Of a stretch of 64,000 nt of DNA, positions 53,250 through 64,000 are shown piece after piece (the first letter of the stretch is position 1; every line of letters begins with the position of its first letter). Source of the DNA: Octopus sinensis (Eukaryota); the NCBI RefSeq assembly GCF_006345805.1, contig NC_043017.1:29822001-29886000 (forward strand), in the 5' to 3' direction. A model generated the notes under the pieces. That model did not search any database. It had not been told where the DNA came from and saw nothing but the letters and a program-made list of their open reading frames with translations. The translations under genes were made by a program, and so were the position numbers.

Positions 53250-54760
53250 AACGGACACTTGTATCCAACCAGTCGTCACGATACTTGAGTTGACGTATAT
53301 CAAATACAAAACACGCCTTTTAAACTGATCACAGTGTAATACTATATTACAAAAGAGAAAATTTAAGCAAATGGAGACTATTAGATACAAGACAATGTTT
53401 TATTGCTTGCATTATCACATATTCAAATAATTGGAAATGTAATGTATTTCTAGTCATATCCAACACAAGAATACTCACTCGAAGATGGAGAAATCCTACA
53501 GAAGAAAAGTTTTTGTTTTCTTGTACATTATCAACAGGAACAGTTCAAGTAACTGAACATGTTATGTGATATTTCAAAATGGCAGTTTCTTAAATGCCAA
53601 AGTTATAAATCTTAAAAGCGCATTAAGCTTTGCATCACTAATGGACATGAGACTGGACTAATCCTTTTCCTCCATCTTAGTTTCATTGTCTGAATATCTA
53701 TAGCAAAGCGATTTCCATTTTACTACTATCGAAACTTCCTCCTCCATTAAAAGCATTGCCACACCACTACAAAGGTTAGGAATGGTTAAGAAAGCGCTAC
53801 GTGAAATCTACCTGTTACAGTCGTTAATTCTGTGATAAAATCTCGTTTCAGTTTCATCTCGTGCATTGTTCAACCGAAAATCTTACAAATACTGCCAAAT
53901 TGAAAACGAAACGGGAGAAAAAAGAAAAGATATGTCGGAGGAAATGAGAAGAAATTGCCCAGTTTCTTACAGTTATTGGCAGCAAAAAGCATTGCTTAAT
54001 GCCATGATCTCCAAAGTCCTTCATTTTTAATTATATCAAACTTCTCCGAATTTAGCTTTGCTGTCGAACACTCAATATTGATATTTGCCGATAACTTCCG
54101 TAATAATCTTTCACTTTCTCAATCAAACTGTCGACTTAACTTGGCACACATAATTGATCGAATACATTCAATTTATCCTTAACAATTAAATTGATATGCA
54201 AGACTGAGTGTAGTTTCTAGCTTACTGATGATTCACAAAGTCGTACATCTTAGACCATTCTTAGAGGATTTTATATATTTATAAATCACTTCTTTTCTTA
54301 ATGTATTATAATTTCCTACTGGACTTATATTATTTTCTTCGTATCTGTAGATACAGTTATATTTGTGATTGAAAATAACTTTAGGCAGAGATGGCTTATG
54401 CTGTATAAAAGAAATCTACCCGGACACATCATATAGCCTGGAAACATATACGGGAGATAGTATTTGCATGTTGCTTAACGAAAATAGGAAAGGATATTGA
54501 TCGTGGCAGTATTCTGAAATTCCATAACCGATGGCAAGAACACATTCTTCAGGCAGCAAATCTGGCGCGAATGATTGCAACAATGAAGAATTACTTAAGG
54601 CGCCTAGAATGTCAAATGAATGTGTTAAAAGAGGAAACAGTCAACCACCTGCAAGACAGGAAACTGCCCTTCAACAGCAATTCACAGTTTCCGGCAAGAA
54701 GTTTAAGAGGGATAGAATAGGAAAAGACACTTGTCTACAGTCCTTGGAGTTAAAAACAAA
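53250..54760 (+). mobile_element. Probable highly decayed L1/Tx1-type LINE 3' region
   Basis: Piecewise ENLSKWR..., EILQKKSFCFL, AWKHIREIVF... spaced like the post-RT and zf-RVT regions of L1/Tx1 ORF2; includes a 103-codon stop-free frame at 54409-54720. Confidence 0.35.
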
Positions 54761-55844
54761 ATAGGTGAAGAGCCGAAGCGAAATTCTTAACGCGATGAAA
54801 ATATACCATAAATATCTGAACAGCGAAATAAAAGAGAAAATTAAAGAAGTTCCTGAAAGTCATGTCTTATTAAAATCCAATTGATGATATTAAATTTCTT
54901 CCAGAGGTTTTGCTGTTTATCGAAACAAAAATTATATCGCAATTAAGTAGGATTCCTTTCTAAGCTCAATTAACAACCGTACTACCCACTTATTCCTAAA
55001 TAAACCAAACAGGAAACATCACGATCTTTTGACCAACTAGAAAGAACACAAATCGTCCCCCAATTGATATACTTCCATCTTAACGAAAAGGAAGTTCACT
55101 TAGAAAACGGAATGTGGTTGAATATATAGTATTTCTTTCTTTCTCTCTCCCTTCTCTCTCTCTCTCTCTCCCTTTTTATATATATACATAAATCATTAGA
55201 ATGGAATCTATCAAGTGTCCCTGGAGGTAGTCTGTTGAATCGCATTTTAAAATTCCGTACTCAACTATGGTCACTGTGGGATACATATAAGCATGTGTGT
55301 CAACGTACTTACGACCACATTTAGCTGCACCAACTTTTGATAAAACAACTGTTTGCCAGCAGGCACAGTAATGTGGATCCTTTAGAGACTTAGTAACTGG
55401 AATTCTTGCTCTCCCTTTCGTGTAGGTCTAGTAATTTTCCTTGGCTTAATTACATCAGGCTTATATATCCTATATACTTTTCTGTAACTTCATTTTGTAG
55501 CGCTTAATTCTTCCCACATATTAAAATTAAAAATATCCCACTTGAGATTTTGTGTCCTATGGTCACAGGATTTATTTGTGTATACGTCTATGCTCCTGTA
55601 TGCACTACTTCTATTAACTGCTGATTCGGCTCCTACTTCGTATGCTACTGCTGCTGTTGTTGACGAGGATAATGGGGATACCACTAAAATCGACACCACT
55701 AATGCTGCTGACACTATTATTTGTCCGTTTTTAAATGTCCCGTGGAAAATGTCGAACCGTCACAAATTTTGCATGGTTTTAACTTCCCGTATCGTTTCGA
55801 CGAAATATAACTAGATACTTCACAATTCCATCAGAATGGATTCC

Positions 55845-55904
<60 letters not shown>

Positions 55905-56741
55905 ATATATATGTATGTGTGCATGTATATATATAGATAGATAGATAGATAGATAGATGGATGGATACAAACGCATAGATTTTAAGCATGCACACGCTTA
56001 CGTACACACATGCACATTCTTACAAATAGATACATACATAGGTGAGGTAACTGTGTATGTATTAGCATGTGTGCTGTCTGCGTGACTGTGTTTATGCATG
56101 TATCAGCACGTGAGCAAACACATTACTTGCCGTAGGCTTACCTCATAATTACTAACAAAAAGAAAAAAAAATTATATGTGGAAATTCAGAATAAAAATAA
56201 GCAAAATGGGCTTTCAATACTGTCATTAATGTCGAGGAAGCAAGGATCTGTATGTTCATTTAGGAAATCCTGCTATGACACAGGCGTGCGCGCTTAATAC
56301 CGAATACAATGCATGCATTTAAGCGGGGGCATATATGGTTATTTTTCAGTTATTCATTTAATGATAGGCATTGCGCTAATGATAACGATTCCTGACAGTA
56401 GATTACATATCGTATGATTATGAAGATTATACATCGTCATAATTATTGTTATTGTTATATAATTAGTTTAAATTGCATTGACAATCAGCATTAATTCTGT
56501 GGCAATCTTTGGACTTCTCTTCACAATTTCTCCCGATTTTTGCTTCCATAAACAACGACTACGAAAAATAGTATAAAAACACATAATTAAGATTCCATTT
56601 GAACGATGTTGTTATTGTTGCCGTTGATTGAGTAATGGTAAAGTTTGATGAAACAGTAGCAGTTCTAGGCCGTGCAGCTGATGATACCTTTGCTATAGAC
56701 ACAGAGCTGTGTGCAGTAGTTGAAGCTTAAGGGTCTATATT

Positions 56742-57135
56742 ACGGTTGTGTGATAAAGTAGCTTGCTAACCAACCGCATGGTTCCGGGTTCAGTCTCACT
56801 GCGTGACATCTTAGGCAAGTGTCTTCTGCTATAAGCCCCGGGCCGACCAAAGCCTCGTGAGTGGATTTGGTAGACGGAAACTGAAAGAAGCCTGTCGTAT
56901 ATATGTATGTATATATATATATGTGTGTGTGTGTTTGTGTGTCTGTGTTTGTCCCCCTATCATTGCTTGACAACCGATGCTGGTGTGTTTATGTCCCCGT
57001 TAATTAGCGGTTCGGCAAAAGACACCGATAGAATAAGTACCAGGCTTACAAAGAATAATTCCCGGGGACGATTTGTTTGACTAAAGGCGGTGCTCCAGCA
57101 TGGCCGCAGTCAAATGACTGAAACAAATAAAGGAG
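56742..57135 (+). mobile_element. SINE family A, full copy
   Basis: Head, CORE-like segment, internal microsatellite and 3' tail are all present. Confidence 0.9.
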
Positions 57136-58134
57136 TAAAGAGTATTAATCGTTTGGTCTTTGTGAACACATACCAATTGTTTTCATTACATTTTTAACGC
57201 TTTGAATTAAATGTGACCATTTTGCAAAACCGGGCAATACTGCTAGTATAACATAAAGTAATAAATTCATATTATCCAAAACGATCCAGCCATATCTATG
57301 GTCCAGTAGTTATTACAAATGCCATACGCGACTTAAAAAGCTAACAGAAAATATAAGAGAACTTGAAACAAATTTTTTGACGAGCACTGCATGTCAACGA
57401 CATCCAAAGCGCAAATAATGTATATCCTTCCTCATTCAATAAGACACCCAACAAACTACATCCGTTCCCTTTTGTCGCTAGAAAATTTGAGTAATTTACC
57501 TTGCCTGCACTTCTGAATCCTATGCAGCACTACCAGTAGTAGTATTAATAGTAGTTGTAGTAGTATCAGAGAATTACTTCCATTAAAAATAAATTGTTTA
57601 ATAAATAACACATTTCTTTTCCTTTTGCATTCTTCCCTCTCTTCTCTGCCATTTATGCAATGACATAGAAGTCATGAGGAAACGCCATTTTCCTTTACAT
57701 GTTCCCCTTTACTTAATTACATTATTTAAAGCCAAAAGCGAAATATCTGATTTTTGATTTTAACGTTTCAATCAATTTTCTGCATCTCCCCTACACACCA
57801 AAAAAAGAATTCATGTCCCTATTTGCTTTGAATTCTACATTGAAAACGTCGTGTATGTCTCCTTGAAATTATAAAAATGTAAAAACAATTCCCTATCGCT
57901 TCAAACCAATAAAGCCTCAGTTCTAGCTATGTTCCTTCCATTATCCTCAATAAAATGCGTTTCAAGTTATAGCCTCTGTACACAGCAATCAATTTCCAAA
58001 TCCTCTCTCGCCCTATCTTTCACTTTCTCCCTATAAAATACTCAATCACACACACTATCATGCCAATCTTTTCGAGTTCGGGAAAGATGTGCCAATGAAT
58101 CGCGTTGCATTTTATGAGGTTCACTGCTAATACC

Positions 58135-58850
58135 TTTCTTATTTCATTATTGCCCAGAAGGAGCTGAACATAGAAGGGACAAACAAGGACAGACAAGAGG
58201 ATTAAGTCGATTACATCGACTCCAGAGCGTAACTGGTACTTAATTTATTGACCCCGAAAGGATGAAAGGCAAAGACGACCCCGGCGGAATTTGAACTCAG
58301 AATGTAGCGGCAGACGAAATACCTATATCTTTACTACCCACAAGGGGCTTAACACTTAAGGGACAAACAAGGACAGACAAGAGGATTAAGTCGATTATAT
58401 CGACCCCATTGTGTAACTGGTACTTATTTAATCGACCCCGAAAAAATGAAAAGCAAAGACGACCTCGGCGGAATTTGAACTCAGAACGTAGCGGCAGACG
58501 AAATAACGCAAAGCATTTCGCCCGGCGTTTTAACGTTTCTGCCAGCTTGCCGCCTATTTTTTCTTGCTGGCAAAGTCGACCTCGGCGGAACTTGAACTCA
58601 GAATGCAACGGCAGACGAAATACCTATTTCTTTATTGCCCACATGGGGTTAAACATAGAGGGAATAAGCAAGGACAGACAAATGGATGAGGACGATTACA
58701 TCGACCTCAGTGCGTAACTGGTACTTAATTGACCCCGAAAGGATGAAAAGCAAAGTCGACCTCGGCAAAATTTGAACTCAGAACGTAGCGGCAGACGAAA
58801 TACCGCTAAGCATTTCACCCTGCGTGCTAACATTTCTTACCAGCTCTATT
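58135..58850 (-). mobile_element. SINE family B compound array (two heads, several body units)
   Basis: Repeated ...gacctcggcggaatttgaactcagaacgtagcggcagacgaaatac units; heads near 58510-58552 and 58800-58846. Confidence 0.88.
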
Positions 58851-59439
58851 AACAATGTCGTTTCGAACAATTTGAATCACTTGATTTTCTAAATGAACCA
58901 GAGAAAATCCATAAGATATCCAGATCCTCTGAAATCCATGTATCCTCTGTCATTCAGCACTGGTCTCATACACTCGAGAAGCGCATGAGAAATTATAATG
59001 CTGCACTTGAACTAAGCAAAGAATTTTGGCGTGGCTTTTGACACGCAAAACATCCATCAAAACTGTCAGCTCATAGCTTCCATCCGTCTGTGCTATTCAC
59101 ATCAACTCGGGCATGTCCCGAGATAAGCATTTACGATCAATATTTCCTATGTGAAACCTCATTCCTGAACATTCAGTACCTCACTTTATGTTCTGTATGC
59201 TTCCGCCTTGAAGTGCTGTCCATATATAGCATGTTAAATGTACGTGGATTCGTTTTGCATGGACACTGAAATCACATTGTATTATAATGAAGCCAATCTT
59301 TTTATATTCAATAGCTCAAATCGGGGAAGGTTAAAGATGAATCTATGAAGGTCATATGATCTCCCATTGTAAAATGCTCCCAATTTAATACTGCAAGATA
59401 ATGTTGTCTGAAACACTACTTATTTTGCAGATCTAAATA

Positions 59440-59486
59440 CACAGATAGATACATATATAGACAGATAGATAGATACATAGATAGAC

Positions 59487-59552
<66 letters not shown>

Positions 59553-59768
59553 ATATAGATAGATAGATAGATTAGATAGATAGATAGATAGATAGATAGC
59601 GAGATAAATAGATATATATATAGATAGATAGATAGCGAGATAAATAGATATATATAGATAGATAGATAGATAGCGAGATAAATAGATAGATAGAGAGATT
59701 GATAGAGATACATAGATAGATAGATAGCGAGATAGATAGATAGATAGCGAGATAGATAGATAGATGGC

Positions 59769-59802
<34 letters not shown>

Positions 59803-59875
59803 TATAGATAGATAGATAGTAGTAGTAGTAGTAGCAGCAGCAGTGGTTGTTGCAGCAGCAACAGCTGCAGCACGA
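59440..59875. repeat. (GATA)n/(TA)n array followed by (AGT)(AGC)
   Basis: Directly visible. Confidence 0.96.
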
Positions 59876-60259
59876 ATGGTAGTCCTAGTCGTAGGGAAAC
59901 TAGATCAATTAAAACTAAAAAGTTTAATGAATAACAAATTGCATGTTTTGCATTTTTAATCCTCTCTTTGTTTCATTGTTGGCCTTTATTCAAAATGATG
60001 TAAATTTCGACCCAACATATTATTTTCTATTCTCTCTCTCTATTTCATTATAAAAGGCCTACAGCAAAATATTTGAATTTTGGTTTTTAATGTTTCATTT
60101 TTTGTCTTAGTAAAAAAGGGTTATTTTGTTATTCTATTCTATTTATGCATTTAAATATTTATTTATTTATTTATCTATTTTTGATATGAAGAATGATTTC
60201 TTAATGCGAAATGGTTTCATTTTAAATCATAGCTTGATTCGTCTTTTGCTAAACGATTC

Positions 60260-60402
60260 TGTACACACACACACGCTCGCACACACACACATACACACAT
60301 ATATATATATATATATACAAACATACATACACACACTCATATATATATATATATACACAAACATACATACACACATATATATATATACATATATATATAC
60401 AA

Positions 60403-60449
<47 letters not shown>

Positions 60450-60624
60450 CAAACATACATACATACACACACACACGCATACATATATATATACAAACAC
60501 ACACGCATACATATATATATATACAAACACACACACAGACATATATATATATATATATATATACACAACATACATACACACACACATATATATATATATA
60601 ATACAAACATACACACACACACAG

Positions 60625-60661
<37 letters not shown>

Positions 60662-60665
60662 GTAT
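60260..60665. repeat. Compound (TA)/(CA) array with acaaacatac higher-order units
   Basis: Directly visible. Confidence 0.95.
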
Positions 60666-61015
60666 GTATGTGAGTATGTGTGTACGTGCGTTTGTGTGTC
60701 GATATATTATTTTATGTAATAGCGTGTTTTGCTTACATCTTTGTGTGAATGGTCGCATCATGTTATGTGTGTGGTTGCCTCACTGCAGGTATCTATGTAT
60801 GCATGCATTAACAGTATGTGTGGATGTATGTGTAATTACATTTATACTAAGATTGCAGCTGTAATTCTATGGTATAGTGTCTCTGTGCGGCTGATTGGAC
60901 GTATGTAACGCGTATTCCCCCCCCTCACCCCCCCCCCGTTATCTTTCTGGTCTTTGAATTTTATAATTACTTCTGTTCTAACAATAAACGAATAAATAAA
61001 TAGACAAACAAACAA

Positions 61016-61047
<32 letters not shown>

Positions 61048-61729
61048 ATAAATAAACAAGAGAATTTTTTTTTTCAAAAATTGATACAAAAAAAAATCTG
61101 CATTAAAATACTCTAAGAAAATAAATGGCTATTTTACGAAACAATACTGCACAAAAGATCAACAGTTATTTTTTTAATTTGATTTTTTAATTACTATTTT
61201 GCTTTTCTCCATAAAATCAGTCACATCAAAGACTATTGTATAACATTGTAATGTTCTGGGCTGTATTCATTATTGTTTATCATTGGGGTTTGGTGGGGTT
61301 TGAGATATATAGCAAAATATCATTCATTACTGTAGAGTCTAATTTCGTTTCGTAATTTAATATAACAAAATTTGCTTAGATGTATTTCATATCAACATGA
61401 TTTTGAAGGTCTATTGATTTGAAAGGAGCATAATAGCCCTGATGTTTACTTCTTTTCTTTCTTTCGGATATTGCCATGTCAGTAAAAATGAAATGTCAAC
61501 ACCCTTGAATGGAGAACCTGGTTGCAGATATTGCTCGATACATATTTTTTAATTTTTAATTTTTTTTTTTTTTAAACCTTTCACATTTGTCTTCAACTTG
61601 ACAAATTAAGCGGAATATTATACGTTCTCTCCAAGGAATTCAACCAGAGAACTCCATGTTTCAATAGTGCCACTCATCTCAAAAGGAGAAAGCAAGAGGT
61701 AGGGAGAGATAAAGACGAGATGTGAGGTA

Positions 61730-61870
61730 GATATGCGGTCTGAGAGGCATTGAGGTTTTCATACAGGTTGAGGAAAAGATTCCGAATTTCATATCATGGT
61801 TCCTAACACAGGAATTGAAACAAATCACAAACCGTATTGAGAAAAGGCTGGCTGTGACTAGTTTCATGAT
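61730..61870 (+). mobile_element. Possible decayed L1/Tx1 RT C-terminal fragment
   Basis: RH*GFHTG*GK followed by a frameshifted ELKQITNRIEKRLA, resembling 'YLG..IG...W..I..RIEKRLA.W' (recall). Confidence 0.25.
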
Positions 61871-62211
61871 ATATATATTTAGTCACTACCCTACTGTAGA
61901 TTTCAGTTTCACGTTGGTTGTTTAATCAGAGTTCCACCCTGAGCAAGCGCAAACGTCAATCATTTCTTTTTATAGTCATGACTTTATTAGTAATGTACAT
62001 TGTAAATTTTATACAAGGTGACTGAATTTAGGAACAGTTGGATGTTTGTCATTCTTTCACGCAATGTTGTTACATATCACACTGTAGCTTTCCAAGGCAT
62101 GGTTATTGCTTGCCCCTCTCAAGCTCTGGTCCTGTGAGATCAAATATATATCAGTCGTGACTATCTCTTTTGTTTATGTAGTTACAAGTACGATCTCCAA
62201 TGTCAGCTATA

Positions 62212-62340
62212 GTTTTGGTTGTGTCGTAAGAAGCGTACGTCCCAAACACATGGTTCCTGGTTCGAATACAGCGTGGAGCCTTAGCGAAGTGTCTTCTACT
62301 ATAGCCTTGGGCCGACCAAATTTTGTGAGTGGGTTTCTGT
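62212..62340 (+). mobile_element. SINE family A, 5' part
   Basis: gtcgtaagaagcg...catggttcctggttcgaat...gtgtcttctactatagccttgggccgaccaaa. Confidence 0.75.
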
Positions 62341-63394
62341 TGCTCCAGGACTATCCTAAAAGAATTTTATAATCTACGATGCATTTTCTACTATGAGCTA
62401 TTTCTACCAGATGAGAGACAACATAGTGTTTCTTTCGTTAATATACCTTCAAACCACAAGACAACAATACCAAAATGATCGGGAAAGAGAACACTTAAAT
62501 GATCGAAGAACTTCCCAAAAATAACAGCTAAATATATCGAAATTCACACTTTGTCTTCTTAACACATTGGGCTATGTAGACTTATATATTTGTAAAAACG
62601 GCGTGGTCACGACTGGAACGGTTTTAAGTGTAGCATGTATGTACTTCTCATCAAAGGTTTTTTGGAATTGAATACCACAATGACCAGATTAACTAAAAAT
62701 ACGGTTTTAATGTTTCTTTCGGATAATACAACGTATGTTCTAAGTGAAACTACGTCTGCCACTGACGTCACTACTGACTTGGAGAGTTTGAAAGACACTG
62801 CAGAATAAGCAGAGCTTAGAGACTGTTTAGTATAGCAGCGTAGGAAATATAAACATGTTGTTACATGGAAACCTACTTCAGGTTAAACACTATGTAGTTT
62901 AGAATCTGTGGAAAAGACATCATTTCCTACATAACAATCTCTCCCCTAGTCTCATTAAAAGCGAACATGCGTAACGATTTCGTTTTGGAGAGGAAAGCTA
63001 TAATACCTGGAAAGGGTAGGAAAAACAATCTATCGTTTTGTCGACGATGGTTTTGTAAATGAGGGTTGTGTGGGTAGATTGGTAGAGTTGTTGCCGTTTC
63101 GTTCTTGTTGTTGTGGTGGCTGATTTTGCTGGTGGTGGTGGTGGTGGTGGTGGTGGTGATGTTAGCGGTTGTAGTGCTTCTGTCTTTTAGAGTAAATATA
63201 AAATATTCCAGTATAATTAATCTTGTTAAATCGTACATATGATCAATCTGGTCATTTATGCACAATTAGCTGATTGCTCAACAAGTAAGTATTTTCATAC
63301 TGCAACCTAGATAGAGGGAAAAAAAAAATCTAGAACAAATCATCCAGCTTCTTAATGAAAAAAGTACTAACAAAAGCAGTCGCTGCGGTAGGAG

Positions 63395-63600
63395 AGACCC
63401 CTGGCAATGGAAATACGGTCAGCCATACAACCTGCTAGAAATAGATACCCAATAAAGAATTCTGCTTTCAGTACAAGGGCAGCATTTTGAGAGAATGGAG
63501 AGAAATTCTTGACTGATAGTTTATTTATCGACCGCAAAAGGACGAAAGACAGATTTGACCGATGGGCCTTGAACCCACAAAAATTTCCCACCCTCAAAGA
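63395..63600 (-). mobile_element. SINE family B, degenerate
   Basis: tttatcgaccgcaaaaggacgaaagacagatttgacc matches the family B core in reverse orientation. Confidence 0.65.
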
Positions 63601-63910
63601 ACAACATGGACCCTGAATATAATCGTAAATAGAATACACTACAAACACACAATTTTCTCATACAAAATATGTACATGTTACATCTGTATATATGTATGTA
63701 TGTATGGACGTATATATACGTATATATGTATGCATGTAAATAAGTGTATATATATATATATATATAGATATATATATATATATATATATATAGAAAATAG
63801 TAAAGAGTGAAAAACTACAGAAGTGAAAAAACTACTATATATTCACCGACGTGCTTTCACAAACCAACTTTCTTATCTATCTATATATATATATATATAT
63901 TATATATATA

Positions 63911-63942
<32 letters not shown>

Positions 63943-64000
63943 TTATATACATACATATTGAGGAATATGTTGTCATGAAACGCACGTAGTCTATATAATT

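Noticed and set aside
55586-55814. Signal-peptide-like ORF MLLYALLLLTADSAPTSYATAAVVDED...
   Set aside because: The sequence looks like a decayed chain of CTA/CTG/GTT/GAT trinucleotide repeats, common in this window; no supporting splice or homology evidence.

Overview
AT-rich, microsatellite-dense eukaryotic DNA; the SINE families and (TA)n/(CA)n/(ATT)n load suggest an octopus or other cephalopod (inference from recalled repeat families, not a search). I could not identify a confident protein-coding gene, rRNA, true tRNA or CRISPR array. Almost all ORFs in the supplied track are translations of simple repeats or SINEs. The window is a mosaic of two abundant tRNA-head SINE families, small DNA-transposon MITEs (Merlin-like, Tc1/mariner-like, Helitron-like), decayed LINE/transposase fragments (CR1, RTE, L1/Tx1, piggyBac, hAT) and two ~1.5 kb tandem duplications. 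Most notable: a ~200 bp Penelope-LTR-like mini-element (3 copies plus 2 of a sister family) carrying a minimal type I hammerhead ribozyme motif that is intact at 859-893 (minus strand); an inverted duplication at 10.9-11.8 kb with one-sided decay of a coding-like core; a 53-codon signal-peptide-like ORF behind a strong splice acceptor (16486-16647, minus); and a tandem duplication whose junction is a chimeric SINE. Several candidate exons are listed at low confidence. All identities and coordinates were read by eye.
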